NCBI GenBank assembly: GCA_028534125.1
Contig: CM052818.1
Location: forward strand, 7,008,001-7,072,000
Length of the DNA: 64,000 nt
Source of the DNA: Lama glama
Lineage: Eukaryota
Reading direction: 5' to 3'
Part shown: positions 48,800 through 62,024 of the stretch, in pieces
Layout: each line of letters begins with the position of its first letter
Numbering within the stretch: position 1 is the first letter of the stretch
Notes under the pieces: model-generated
The model's database searches: none
The model's input: only the letters and a program-made list of their open reading frames with translations
What the model was told of the DNA's origin: nothing
Translations under genes and position numbers: made by a program

Positions 48800-49290
48800 T
48801 CTCTTGCGCATGTGTGGGTGAAAACCGCTGATAACGTGGGCCCGGAGCCCGCGGTCTTCTGTCTTCCCGCGAGAACAGGACTCCGACGAGAGTGTGAGTC
48901 CGCCCGGCTGATCCACACAGACACGGGTGCAGGTGGCTGCTGTTGGGGTACGAGGATGTTTCCTTCAGAGAACTCAAGGCTGGCAACGTCTGATCCTGAA
49001 CCTTTGGAAGGTAAAGGCTATGCCTGGCGCAGTATCAGTCGCTCTGAGTGCCAAAAGGCCACCCCCTCAGCCCCCCTCAGCTCTCCGTGGTGCAGCTGCT
49101 TCCGTGAGCTCGGCTCGTGGCCACACCCTCGCGGACGCCAGCCTCCCTCGTCGTCAGGCTGCGGGCTTCATTCCCTGATGTGGCTGCCTTGGGCCCCCCA
49201 GCCTGAGGGCAGGTAAAGCACAGGGGTTGCCGCGACACCAGCCACAGAGATGCCACGGTCTCGGGGTGAAGCGCAGGTCCCGGGTGGTTC
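48800..49290. promoter_or_regulatory. Small CpG island in unique sequence
   Basis: About 33 CpG counted by eye in about 480 bp of GC-rich DNA, against a CpG-depleted background. Confidence 0.6.
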
Positions 49291-49611
49291 CTCACAGGCC
49301 TGTTGACCCCCACCCCTCAACACACACCTGCTCCACCCCAGACCCACTGAGTCTGAATCTGTGGTTCCTTCAGATTCTCTCTCCTGGGAGGAAACAGGTC
49401 CACTTCCCTCACAAGACGGAGGGTTTTTCCTGGGTGGCTGTGGTTTGTCACTTTAAACAATGTGGTCAACCCTTGTTACCTACCCCTTCTTGGGTCTTGG
49501 GCTATGAACCAAACTTTTCTGTACTCTTTTGTGAGAAGCCAGACACCCACTAAAGGTAAGAAGGAAAGAGACTGTATTGCCCCTCTTAGGGATTGATGTT
49601 GTTGGGTTTTT

Positions 49612-49895
49612 TTTAATAGACTTTATTTTTTAGAGCAGTTTCAGGTTCGCAGCAGAACTGAGCAGAAAATACAGCGTTCCTACACAGCCCTCCCCACCCA
49701 CATATGTATACTCCCCTACCCTCAACACCCCTCATCAGTGTGGCATATTTGGTGCAATCGATGAACCAACATGGACACATTATTATCAACCAAAGTCCAT
49801 AGTTTACATTAGGGTTCCCTTTTGATATTGAACATTCTGTGGGTTTTGACAAATGCATAATGACATGTAACCACCACTATAATATCATACAGAGG
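49612..49895 (-). mobile_element. L1MB-like 3' end
   Basis: 'aatagactttattttttagagcagtttcaggttcgcagcagaactgagcagaaaatacag...aaagtccatagtttacattagggttc'. Confidence 0.85.
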
Positions 49896-52800
49896 ATTCT
49901 GTTGTTTTATGAGGCCAAGAAAACTAACAGGCGACTCTCAGGCCGTTGGTAGTGGAAGGGTTTGGGGGAGACACACGATTTTCCAGGTTTCTCTGGAAAC
50001 CATCATGTTGAGAGGGTTCCCTTGTTGCAGGAAGGGGCAGCAGGCTTCACGTGTTTATCCTTTGTGTTTACAGTTTTGTGCCACCCATGCTGAAGTCAGA
50101 TTTCCCATAACCACAGCCTTCTAGAATTCAGACAGGGCTGGAGTAGGAGCCAGGGGCCAGATCATGAAGGGCCTTGAGAGTTTCTAAATGTTGGTCTTTA
50201 TCCCCAGAATGGTGGACAAGCTTTCAGGCATGGCAGGGACATGCTCAGATTTGAAGGTTGGGGGCAGGCAGCTCTGGCTTCCTTTCAGAGAATGGATGGG
50301 AGTGGGGCAGAGTGGGGTCAGAAGAGTGAAGGCCCAGAAACCTGTTAGGGACACAGATGAGAGAGAATGGCAGCTTGAATCAGGTTATTGGCTGTGGCGA
50401 TGGGGAGAAGTGGACAGGTTCCAGAGATGCTGATTATGGAGGAGAGGAGGAAAAAGAACCTGCTAACATACCACCTACTCTGGGTGAGGCACTGTTCTTG
50501 GCACTGGACATTTAAAGCTTACAGTGACAACCTTCTGCAGTCTGTAGGTTATAATCCTCATCTTACAGATACAGAAACTGAGGCACAGAGAAGCTAAGTA
50601 ACATGCCCAAAGAGTTTCTGATTGGATGAATGTAGGGGAGAGAGTGAGGGCGGGAGGAAAGAGTGAAGCATGGTACTTTGGTTTCTGACAGGAGCACTTG
50701 TAGATTCAGTGCAATTTCTTGCACCAAATGGGGAGCATGAGAGGAGAAGCTTTTTGGGTGGATCATGAGCTCTCCCTTGGACTTGGGTTGGAGAGATGAA
50801 GTTCTCCAACTGTCTCTCTTTAATGTTCTTTTTTTAAAGAAGCTGCTGTGATGCAACTTAAACATTTTTATCAGAAAGGGTGACGATGAAAAAATACTCA
50901 GGTGTCGGGAGGGGTTGAGTTTCAGTGACGCGGAATTACGTGTATGGATTATTTGTAGATCCCTGAATCATGAAAGGTAAAACCTCTGCCTTTTCATTAG
51001 CAGCCTCCACCTCAGAACATTTAATTGTCTTGTTTTTCATGTAAAGCCACTTCTTTGGAAAAGGATTCTTCACCCAAGAGATCAGAATGAATCAAGTAAA
51101 TATGTGTTTAGACAGTTTCTGAAAATCTGTTGTTTAACCCCAGAGACCAGAGAGGTTTCTGTCTCCTAGGTAAACAGCAATTAAATGGTATATTAAAATG
51201 TATATTATGTACCCAATGGGTCCATGGAGTAATTATGTATTTTAGGAATATTTTAAAACATGTGTTTTGCCTCCCTCAGCACCATTTCAATCCATCAAGT
51301 AACTGTATACTTACAACATGTGTTCTACAGAGTAAGGGTCGTTTTATAAACCTCTTGTTAAAGGGAACCAAACGAAAAAGCATCAGCTGCAGCCCATTTG
51401 TCAGAAGTGTTTATGCCAACCAAATGTAGACAAAGGGAAACAAAACCAGAGAAGCAAGTCATCCACCACAGACCCTCCCTCACTGACTGCAGAAACTCAA
51501 GGGTGATCCTAGGCCATGAAGAGCAGACGCTGGGGCTCATTCAGACACCTTCCAGAGTCAGGCTAGAAGATGTCGATAAAGAAGCCAGGGGGAAGGGTTA
51601 TAGCCCAGGCACAGGTTTCTTTCCCAAGGGGAAAATTCACACTACCCTGAAGAGAATGAAAAGCAGGTGTTCTCTTGGCTGGTTGGCAACTGAGAAACAA
51701 TGGGCCGAGGTCCAGCTCTGTCGGGTGTGCTGGTTTGCCAAGGGGCTAGAGCAGAGGCCAGGTGAGCTGAGCACCGGGGGAGGTGGGGGTCACAACAGGA
51801 GAAAGAGTGGTAGGATTACCCCTCTGAAATCTGGGGCCTGAGGACAGTGGGTTACCCACACCAGCCATGGCCTCTGCACTCTCTTGGCCTCGCCACTGCC
51901 CTCAAGGACACAGCAACATGCAGAGCACTTTCTTTTCCTGGTATTTCAGTCCTCCATTTGTATTTGTAAAAGTACTGTTTTATGTGCTAACTCTTGCCAG
52001 CTGTAAGGGAGCAAGGATGCACTGAACGTGCCTTTTTTTTCCCCAGTCTGAGAGTCTAAGCCTTAGCCATGAAATAGAAGGAAGCAGGGCTGGTTCTAAA
52101 CTCAATGGACTTGGTAGAAAAAGAAAGTTAGGAACTTTCTGAGCCAAAATGGATTCAACTATATCTTGAAGGCCAAAAAAAAAAAAAAAAAGGAACTAAG
52201 CAGAAATGATTGGAGGGGAAATTCTGAAATGCAAAAGGGAGGTAAGGAAAAGGAAAACTAAAACTTTCAGAGGAAAAGTCAGGCAGTGTCCAAAAATACG
52301 CTCTCAGGGGATCCAGTGATTTGCTCGCTTTTTAAGTTCACTGGTGGTAGAGACAACAGTTTTTTCTCTATGTAAAAAGAGGAGCATTTACTCTGCCAAA
52401 GAAGATAGCAGTGCCCTTCTTGTTTTAATTTTGATATTGTAACAGCTCACAGAAGTGGCTATTATCTGGGAACTGGGGAATTCTTTTGACGTTATTTTTG
52501 GACCCAGTCCTAATCAGTTTTTAAGTATGACACAGATGCATTCGTCTAATGTTTAATGTCTAGAGTCATTGATGCTGCTGGATGAGGAAGGAAATGAGCT
52601 GCATGAAATGCCTGAGTGGGTCCTGGCAAGGTCTGGCTTGAAGCCGTAAGAAGTAACTGTCCTCAGAACCTGCAGCAGGTAAGGCTGCCAAGTGGCTTTG
52701 GGCTTTGAAATGAGTCACATATTCATTGCCGTCAGCGTTGTCGCCGCACTGGATGGAGGGGGGAGTACTGACCCCATTTCATCATCTGTTGGGCACATGC

Positions 52801-53269
52801 TATGGCCAAGCAATGCCGCAGATGTGTCACATTCATTGTACCTGATCCCTACAGCCACTCAGCTTGGTAGAACTTTATCTGCTTCATGTCACCAAGCAGG
52901 AAGTCGAGCACAATCTTGGCCCCAAAAGTGACTTTATTCTTCAGTGCTGCCTGTGTGGCTACCCAGGAGTGGTGTCCTTGCCGAACTGTGTTTTACGTGC
53001 TCATTCTCTACAGGACTCCAGCTTGTCATCCATCCAGACTGTATTCCTGGCAGAGTGTAAGCAGGTCAGCAAGTTGTGGGCAAATGGGAGATAAAAGGAG
53101 CCCTAGGGGGTCAGGTCCAGGACAGCCCACTCCCCAGGGTCCACTGAGTCATGTGCCACACCCCTAACACCTGTGAGGTGCTACCTGGGTCGTGAGAGAA
53201 TCCTTATGTCCAAGCTGCTTATGGCCTGTTTGGGAGACCAGTCGTGAAAACCCAGTTAGTCAGTCCACC

Positions 53270-54085
53270 ACTTCACTGAGCATTGGTTCAGCTCTGTGCT
53301 GGATAAGGCCTGCTCTAGGCCCTGGGCTAGAGCAGTGAGCAAAACAGACAAAAATCCCTGCCCTCATGGAGCTTATAGTCTAATAGGGCAGACAGAAAAA
53401 TAACTAAAATACGTAGCATGTTAGACAGCTAGAGGGAAAAAAGCAATGTAAAGGGGGGAGGGAGCCTCAGAATTGATGGAGGTTTTTGCACTTTATTTAA
53501 TTAATTAATCTATAAATTGAAGTATAGTTGATCTATAATGTTGTGTTAGTTTCTGGTGTATGGCATATTTATTCAGTTATACATATACATATTTTTCATA
53601 AAGCTTTATTATAGGATATTGAACATAGTTCCCTGTGCTAAACAGTTGGACCTTGTTTATCTGCACTTCTAAATAGTGTGACCTGGAAAGTCCTCAGTGA
53701 AGAGGTGATGATTGAGTAAAGACCTGAAGGAAGCAAGGGTCAGCTGGGGGAAGGATTCTGGGAGGAGGGAAAGGCAACTGCAGAGAACCTGGGATGGGGG
53801 TGTGTCACGTGCAGCTGGAGCAGAGGACACAAAGGAGAAGGCAGTGGGCATGGGGTTCTGGGAGGAAACGAGGCAAGGGATGGGGCAAGGGCAAGTAGGA
53901 TGTCCTTGATCATTAAGAACTGTGGCTTTACCAGGAAGGAATGAGAAGTCATTGGAAGGTTTTGAGTGGAAGAGGAAAGTAATTCTAATTTTTTAATCCC
54001 CTCACTGGCCACTGTGTTGAAAACAGACTGTATAGTTCTTAGGAGAGCAAGGATTAATGCCAAAAGGCCAGTTAGGAGGCTCTAG
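53270..54085 (-). mobile_element. L2 3' region
   Basis: 'gagcaaaacagacaaaaatccctgccctcatggagcttatagtctaatagggcagacaga' ... 'attggaaggttttgag'. Confidence 0.75.
53494..53661 (-). mobile_element. Truncated L1 3' end nested in L2
   Basis: 'ttgaagtatagttgatctataatgttgtgttagtttctggtgta...gttccctgtgcta'; TSD tgcactt at 53487-53493/53662-53668. Confidence 0.8.
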
Positions 54086-54774
54086 AAGTTTCCAGATTTC
54101 CAGTCCTCTTCCCCTCTTCCCCACCATCTAACCTATCACTCAAGTTTAATGATTCTACCTCCATTGCCTTTTTGCCATTCTCTCTGCTACTGACCTTGCA
54201 GAACTTCATGGTCCTTCAGTGGGAGCATTGCCAGGCACCATGGAAGACTCTCCTTGTCCCTCACCTCTCACTCCCCAAGCCTTCCTCCACATCACTGTAA
54301 GTGTAATTGCCTTAAAACCCAGGTCTGGTATTGTCACTTTCCTAGACAGCTTTAATGCGCCAGATGCTGGGGTGACTGAAACATAAAGAGATGACCTCTG
54401 CCCTTGAGGAACTCACAGTCTAGTGAGAGACACACAGGAGTGATGACCTGCAGCATCAGGTGATGTGTGCCACCCAGAGTGGGGCAGCAACTTCTACTCC
54501 TCGCAAGGGGAGTATAGAAGGAGCCCTTTAGCAATGCCAAGGAGGGAAACACAAGGACAATACCCCATGCCTGGGCTTTAACAGATGAGAAACACTTCTC
54601 CTATGGAAAAGACAAGAAGGGCATCTGAGGCAGAGAGAACCACCTGGGTCTATGCACGTCAGTCCAGGAAGGCAGGCTGACCCTCCTGGCACTCAAGCAG
54701 GGACCCTGTCTCTCAGCAGCAGACTCACACTAGCCCAACTCACAATGACTGATGTTAACATTGCAATTTGAATT

Positions 54775-55605
54775 TTTAAAAAATAGACTTCATGTTTTTA
54801 GAAAGTTTTAGATTCACAGCCAAATTGAGTAGAAGTTACAGAGAATTCCCATATACCTTCTGTGTCCACATGCATACTGCCTCCTCTATATCAAAATCCT
54901 GCACATTTGTCACAATGAGTGAGACATTTGTCACAGTCTAAGAACCTGTACTAACACATAATCACCCAGAGGAGTCCATTGTTTAGTTTAGGGTTCACTC
55001 TTGGTGTTGTACATCCTATAGGTTTTGACAAATAGGTAATGACGTGTATTGTACAGAGTATCATATAGTATCATACAGAGTAGTTTCACTGCCCTAAAAA
55101 TCCTGTGTGCTCTGCCTGTTCATCCCTCTTCCTACAAACCCGGGCAACCTCTGATCTTTTTACTGTCTCCATAATTTTGCCTTTTCTAGAATGTGATAGA
55201 ATTGAAATTGTACAGTATGTAGCTTCTTCAGGTTGGCTTCTTTCACTTAGTAATACAATTTAAGTTTCCTCCAAGTCTTTCCATGGCTTGATAGCTCATT
55301 TCTTTTTAGTGCCAGATAATATTCCCTGTCTGGATATACCACAATTTTTTTTTTAATCCATTCACCTACCAAAGGATATCTTGGTTGCTTCCAAGTTTGG
55401 GCAATTATGAATAAAGCTGCTATAAACATTCCTGTGCATGTTTCTGTGTGGACATAAGTTTTTGGCTTATTTGGGTAAATACCAAGATTGCTGGATCATA
55501 TGGTAAGAGAAACTGCCAAACTGTCTTCCAAAGCAGCTGCAGTATTTTGCATTCCCACCACAATGAATAGAGTTCCTGTTGCTCCACACCCTCACCAGCA
55601 TTTGA
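54775..55605 (-). mobile_element. L1MB-like 3' end with ORF2 remnant
   Basis: ORF 55247-55429 MFIAALFIIAQTWKQPRYPLVGEWIKK matches the L1 ORF2 C-terminus; L1MB-type 3'UTR. Confidence 0.88.
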
Positions 55606-55964
55606 TCTTGTTCAACTTGAATTTGAAATAAGAAATCTAAATCCCTCACAAGCTGACCATACATTCACATTTGCTGATTGGCTTTCTCTCTCCGTATGCA
55701 AACCTGCTTAGGAAGCTGGATGAAAACCAGCAGGTTGCTTGGGAAACAGGAAGGCTGAACAAAGGAATTACCCGGGAACTCCTAATGGCTGCTCTCAGTC
55801 CTGGTGGCCTGTGCCCTCCAATCAGCTCGATGGCTTTGTGAGCTGGAAAAGAGATTTTACTTTTCTCATTTCTAAGCTTCCCATTGGTTCATCATTTCTC
55901 CCACTGATTGCTACTTTCTATATAAAATATATTCGGAGCCAGGGCCATTCCTTCTCTTTAGGCA

Positions 55965-56462
55965 AAAGTGCTTAACCATTTTTGTGCCATGGTCCTCTCT
56001 GGCTATCTAGTAAAGCCCACAGACCTCCTTTTTTGGATCTCTTTTTGGAATAATGTTTTTAAATGCATAAAATGAAATGAATGGGATTACAAAGGAGACC
56101 AAATACGCATAGCAACATATAAATGGTGATATAATAATGTATATACTTCTCTATTAAAACATTAATTAACGTGATGTAATGGTGAGCTTAATAGCTACTG
56201 TAATTTTGAAAAGATAATGAGTATTAAAAGTATTTCAAGACATGCAACAACCATTACATGATTTGAAAATATCTGAGATTTCTACTGCTGACAAAGCCAC
56301 AAGAACTGCTGATACTACTGTAGTTTGTTGTTTCCATTCAAAATGCAATGGAATGCTAAATTTCAATTATACATTAAGGGAAATAGATACGTAACTTTTT
56401 CCCATTCATGTTCATTGAGACCCTGACTTTTGCCCTCAAACCTGCAGATTAAAAACCTTCCT
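55965..56462. mobile_element. MER119-like hAT-Charlie element
   Basis: 'ttttgtgccatgg...gaataatgtttttaaatgcataaaatgaaatgaatgggattacaaagga'. Confidence 0.6.
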
Positions 56463-56856
56463 TTAAACTGATGGTCATGCATGTCTTTGCTCGCATCTAT
56501 TGTATGTTGTTTTATCATTTAATTTTCTCTTGTTTCCAAATCCTTGTCTACAGAGGAGCTTCTTCTCCAGGAAACCTTCTCAGACCCATCTGAGCAGGTC
56601 CCTGCCCTGTGATTCCTTCCCAAGCACCATGAGCTTCTCTTTTCTAACTCTCCCTACAGTTATAATCTAGTATTTATTTGTGTGTCTTCTCTTTTAAAAA
56701 AAATGCTAAACGTAACTCTTTTGCTGATTATGTAAATACTACGTGCGCAACAATTTGGAACATGACATAAAAGGACTAGGGAGACAAAAACCACCCAAAC
56801 CCCAGTTCCCTGAGGTAGCCACTGTTTCTGTTAGGTTCAGAATAAACTTGTCTTTA

Positions 56857-56943
56857 GGAAGGTGGGTATAGTTCAGTGGTAGAGTGCATGTACGAGGTCC
56901 CGGGTTTGATCCCCAGTACCTCCATTAAAAAGATAAAGAAAAA
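56857..56943 (+). mobile_element. Vic-1-type SINE
   Basis: 18-bp TSD agaataaacttg(t/c)cttta at 56839-56856/56944-56961. Confidence 0.92.
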
Positions 56944-58025
56944 GAATAAACTTGCCTTTATGTGATTTCTTGATACCTGTTGGTCTCCCCTACTCAACTG
57001 TAAGCCCTCGGGGAGCAAGAAGCTTGTTGGTGTTAAAGGAAAAATAAAATCTAAGGGACAAGAGGTTGAGTATTGAGTGGAATTTTTTCCTCTGCCAAAA
57101 GCGCCTGCTCCATCGCAAAATCTGGGCTATGGGGGATGAGGTTAGTGGCGGAGAAACGAAGTAAGTCTTTTAAATGCAAAAACCCTGCTCATCATCTCCA
57201 TTCCATATTAGCAAACGAGTTGGAGCTGGGTGTGTTGGCCAGCAAGCACTGGGCTGTGCAGAGTGCCCACCCTGGGCTTCGGGTGTCCAGCTGCCTTCTA
57301 TGGCACTCAGGTCTGACCCCTGTCTGCAGGCTGGGTGGCCAACTCAGGCTTCCTCATTGGTGTCTGCTCTCCCATAGAGCCTGGTGCATAGGAGATGCTC
57401 AGTAAATACCTGCTGAATTTTTATCCCCCTCTATTCGCTACATATTCTACTTTGTGATCATCGTTGAACCCTCCTCCTTTATCTCTATGACACTGCCCAC
57501 TCCTGGTTCTCTGAAGCAACCGACTTTCCTTCTTTCATTTTGGAGAGACTTTGAGTGCTCCTCATTAAGTTATTCTACTCCCCTGTGGTGATTCCTTCCA
57601 TCCTTCATTCATTTGAAAAATATGAAGAGCTTACTTCATCCAGGGCATCACACAGAGCTTCTCTCCCTGAAGTCTCTGGGTATCTTCAGAGGCTATTTGC
57701 TGGCTGCTAAGAGCTGAGGAGGGAAATAAAAATTAGAAGTTCTTATTGTCCTCAGGCCTTCCCAGATCCTTCTCTCTAGAGAGAGTCTCTTCTTCCAGAC
57801 ACACCATGCTGTATTTCAGCCCCCTGTTGGCTTTCTTCATAACTCATCATTACTTGTCAGTGTTTCACTCTTTACTTGGATTTTGTCCTTCTCCTCAACT
57901 AGAATGATTCACTGAGAATAGCGACGGTGTGTTTCCTGTCATAGCTTCATCTCCTAAGACATCATACATGGCATATCACAGGTGCCCAGTAAACATTTAT
58001 TGATGGAATTTCAAATGAATGAATG

Positions 58026-58156
58026 GGAGGGGCAGGGTATAGCTCAGTGTTAGAGTGCATGCCTAACATGCACAAGGTCCTGGATTCAATCCCCGGTACC
58101 TCAAATAAATAAATAAATAACCTAACCCCCCCCCAACAAAAACTAAAAATAAAATA
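58026..58156 (+). mobile_element. Vic-1-type SINE inserted in an L2 tail
   Basis: TSD aaatgaatgaatg at 58013-58025/58157-58169. Confidence 0.92.
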
Positions 58157-58455
58157 AAATGAATGAATGATTCAGTAATTCCTCAGAGTCCTCATTCTCA
58201 TCACAGGCTAGGAGCCTTCTTCGCTGGATCTGGGAGTTCATGTGCACATCCATTCTCATTGCAAAAAACAGACCTACAGTAAAGTCTGCCTAAGTTCCCC
58301 TGTACCTCTTCATCACAGGTGTTCTAATAACTCAGTGTCGTTTTTGTGCTCCACACATTTTCAATTTTCTGGAAATTTGGTTGTGCACTTGAAGAAATTA
58401 AAAGATCCAAAACTAGACTAAAGATGTGAACGGTGATTATAAAGCAATGTCTCAC

Positions 58456-58879
58456 CAGAAAGGGAAAGAGAAATACCATATGATATCACTTATATGTGGA
58501 ATCTAAAAAAAAAAAAAAGAAGAAGACGACAAATGAACTTTTTTACAAAACAGAAATAGAGTCACAGACATAGAAAACAAACTTATGGTTACCAGAGGGG
58601 AAGAGGGTGGGAAGGGATAAATTGGGAGTTTGAGATTTGCAGATACTGACTGGTATATATAAAATAGATAAACAAGTTTATACTGTATAGCACAGTGAAC
58701 TATATTCAATATCTTGTAGTAGCTTACGGTGAAGAAGAATATGAAAATGAACATACGTACATTCACGTATGACTGAAGCATTGTACACCAGAAATTGACA
58801 CAACATTGTAAACTGACTATACTTCAATTAAAAAACAAAAACCAAATTTCAATGTGCCATTCAAAAATAAATACATAAA
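58456..58879 (+). mobile_element. Young truncated L1 3' end
   Basis: 'gaaataccatatgatatcacttatatgtggaatctaaaaa...gaaattgacacaacattgtaaactgactatacttcaatt'; perfect 17-bp TSD ataaagcaatgtctcac at 58439-58455/58880-58896. Confidence 0.93.
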
Positions 58880-59235
58880 ATAAAGCAATGTCTCACAGTA
58901 ATTATAAAATTATCTACAGTTCCCATAGTGGTATCGTCACTTTAACTACCTGACCATATGTCTACATACATCTATACATATTCTAGCATTGGATGTAACT
59001 TCTTTAGTATTTAACATATTTCCAGCAAGTTATTCAGATACAAGTTGTCTTCACACCAAGTTGCAATTTTCATTGACTAACATCGTTGTAGTGATTGTAT
59101 GTTACATTGTAGCAAAAATACATTTTACACATAATTTTGAACTTGCCCACCTTTGCAAGGTTAGCTGCCCACCGCTTACACATCATGGTGTCAGTCTGTT
59201 GACTATCAGTCTTCTGATGCTTGGCTTGACCCAAA

Positions 59236-60048
59236 TGTAAGACAGCCGCTGTTGACACATATGAGTTCCCCTGTTAAGTATGTATCCATAGTGTGAGGCT
59301 ACGGACCTCTCTGTACATGTGTGCGGTGATTGCACATTTTCTATCCGGTAGAGCTGGGTATAACTGCATAAGTAGGAAAGGGTAGATAAAGGGAACTAAG
59401 AGTAAGCCAAGTTGGCCCCAGCCAAAGCAGGAACTGTATAAAGAACAGGCACAGTGGATCAGCACCAGTGGCCACACACACCATCAGAGTGAAAGATTAA
59501 AAGCCAACATCAGCCAAGTGCCTGGGAGAGCTCCCTGCAGGCTCCAGCCACCCACTGTCTCTTGGAGAGCGACCCTCCACGGCCCTATAATTATAACGAG
59601 GTGGTACCAAGAAAGAAGGAAAGAAATAGTCAACTGAGGCAGGATATTCTGTGGTCACATGGTGGACATGAGGGCAGAGCCAAGAGGTGCCTGAGCAAGA
59701 GTTTAATGTTGGGGAGGGCACGGGACACAGAAGATGACAGGGTTGTACTACATACACATGGGTTAGACTACACAGCACATCGCTGAGGTCAGTTGACTCT
59801 GGTGTGGCATACCCTGACAGGAAGGACTACACAAGGGTTAGAACGTGGGAATAATGTGAAATTCCCTCCAGATATATGGCTCTGAACATTCGCTAGGGGT
59901 GATCTTGACGGCTGGGTTCCTGCTGGACTCCAGATGATGATCTTGGGAGTCAGGGCCAGTCATTAGGCACCACTGATCAACCATGTGTATCCTATGTACC
60001 AATGTTGTGTTATTCAAGGGTGTTACTATCTCAATATTGGTTTATACA
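59236..60048. mobile_element. ERVL-like LTR sequence(s)
   Basis: TGTAAG start, TATAAA near 59437, ATTAAA near 59496, then a PBS-like tggtaccaag near 59602; right end tttataca; no TSD found. Confidence 0.4.
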
Positions 60049-61122
60049 AGCTCCAGCCTCCCTTACCTCTTCTCACTTCTTCTCACTTACCTATGACTGT
60101 AAGTCTTGTAAGGCCTTCAACTAAAAAAAGGTGGGCTAAGAGAGACTGTGAAACTCAAAATAGCTTAACTACTATACATGTAAACACTGGTTTAAGATTA
60201 TTTTTTTTCCAGGGGAGGAAATTAAAATGACAGTAATAGCAAAAAATGAGATCTTATAATTTTCTGTGGATTTCAATTAACACTATCTATGAAAGCACCA
60301 TCCCTCATGCCATTCATTATCAAGAAAGAGAAGAATAAAGCACAGTTACAGATATAAATATAGACACATATGCATGAATTTCAAATTTAATATTGAGAGG
60401 TTATTAGAAATAAATAGAAAGATTTATTGTTACCAAACATTCCTGAATTATTTTACCATGGAAAAAAATTGCAAAATTTTATGTATTGAAATCCATAAAT
60501 GCTCAAGAGGCCAAAATAAAAAATATTTGTTGAAAGTTAAATGTAAGATATTTTTAATAATACAGACGGATGGATTAGAGTAGAAATCAGAAGTGGAGAA
60601 TTAGATAATTATTTACATTATCTGTTTAAACTAAAAGAAAGAAAAGATTTTACTCACTCATTGCTAACTAGGTAGTGTAGAGAAACTAGGGAATTGAGTC
60701 TGAAGTTGTAACACTGTGACTGAGTCTTTCTAAATTCTTGGTCTTCATCAAGCCAAAGTTACTAATCTCCCTCTTGTATTATACAAGGCATAGGAAAAAA
60801 TGGATTCACTTTCAAAACCAGGTCATCAACAGTTTTGAAATCAATTTTTATAATTTAATGGCTGATTTCCTTACAGTTCACTAAAACACCAGCTCTTGAC
60901 CTATTTATTTCTTTCATTTAGATATAATACAAAGCTATAGAGATTTGAATCTAGTCTTCACTTGTAAGTTAAATGAGGGTTCTTATATTTTGTAACCTTT
61001 GATTATTCCACATAGCTATCCAAAGTTACAAGACATAGACCTATGGCTGAGAACCATTCATTTATTTTTTGTATAAAAGCATAGACATTTGGCATTAATG
61101 GAATCTTAGAAATAAACTAGTC

Positions 61123-61620
61123 TGTATCAGTCAGGGATTTGGGGTTACGACTGACAGAAAACAAACTTGAACCAGCTTAGGCAGAAAGGAGAATCAGTTG
61201 GAATCAACCTGAGTGTCTTATTTAACTGTAGGCCAGGCAGGGTACACCTGGGTCTCAGAGACACCTGATCCAAATGCCACCAGAATGATCTGTCTCTTAT
61301 CTCTACTTTTCACTGCATGCTAGCTCTTAGACTTCACATGGTGGAAAATGGACTGCCAAGTGGTCCTGAGCCCTACTCTACACACTTCACCCAGAGATGC
61401 TGACTCTTCCCAGTTCCAGTTCAACAATGAAAACAAAAATATCAAGCAAGCTCTCTGATTGGCCCAGCTTGGGTCAGGTGCCCATCCCTAAGCTAATCAA
61501 CTATGGTCAGGGAGGTGGAGTCATATAAGAAAATAGAGGTCCCTATACTTTGGATGTGGGGGAAAAAAACAGTTCCCGGAAGAAAGGGGGGGGGGGGATA
61601 ATGGGCAGACAACCCCCACC
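61123..61620 (-). mobile_element. MLT1I/J-like LTR
   Basis: 'tgtatcagtcagggatttggggttacgactgacagaaaac...ctctgattggcccagcttgggtcaggtgcccatccct'. Confidence 0.7.
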
Positions 61621-62024
61621 AACTGAAAAAAAAAAACAAAAAAACCACTCTGACTCATTTTACAGATGTGGAAATTTAGGCTCAGAGAAATTAAATGACT
61701 TACTCAAGGTTACAACTTGTACTTAAACTCGACTCATCTGGCACTGGGTCAAACGCTTGCCTCACTCCCCCACACTGCTGCTCATTCTGTGGAAGCTGCA
61801 TTTCAAGCACTTTTGGCAGGAAAGGCAGGGGGCTGGGGGTGGAGTGGGGTGGTATTAAGGGTCTCATGTGATGCTTAATTGTCTTTCCAGTCTTTTGCTA
61901 GAGTTCTAACTCCAATAGCCTTTCTGTTGTCTGGTCTGGTCTTGTTTTATTTTCTTACTGGGGAAATCCCCCAGTTGCCTTCCGCCCTTGTCAGTCTTAG
62001 AGGCTCATCCTGTGTCAAGTCAAA

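Larger units (their letters stand above)
58315..60660. mobile_element. Possible old hAT-Tip100-like DNA transposon, fragmented by L1 and LTR insertions
   Basis: AT-rich segments reminiscent of Arthur/Zaphod-type elements; sequence is colinear across the L1 TSD; family assignment uncertain. Confidence 0.35.

Noticed and set aside
48683..49216. 177-aa ORF over the CpG island
   Set aside because: No recognisable domain; long ORFs are expected in GC-rich DNA
52572..52684. Short ORF MLLDEEGNELHEMPEWVLARSGLKP followed by CAG|GTAAGG
   Set aside because: 25 aa, no recognised homology, and it stops before the donor
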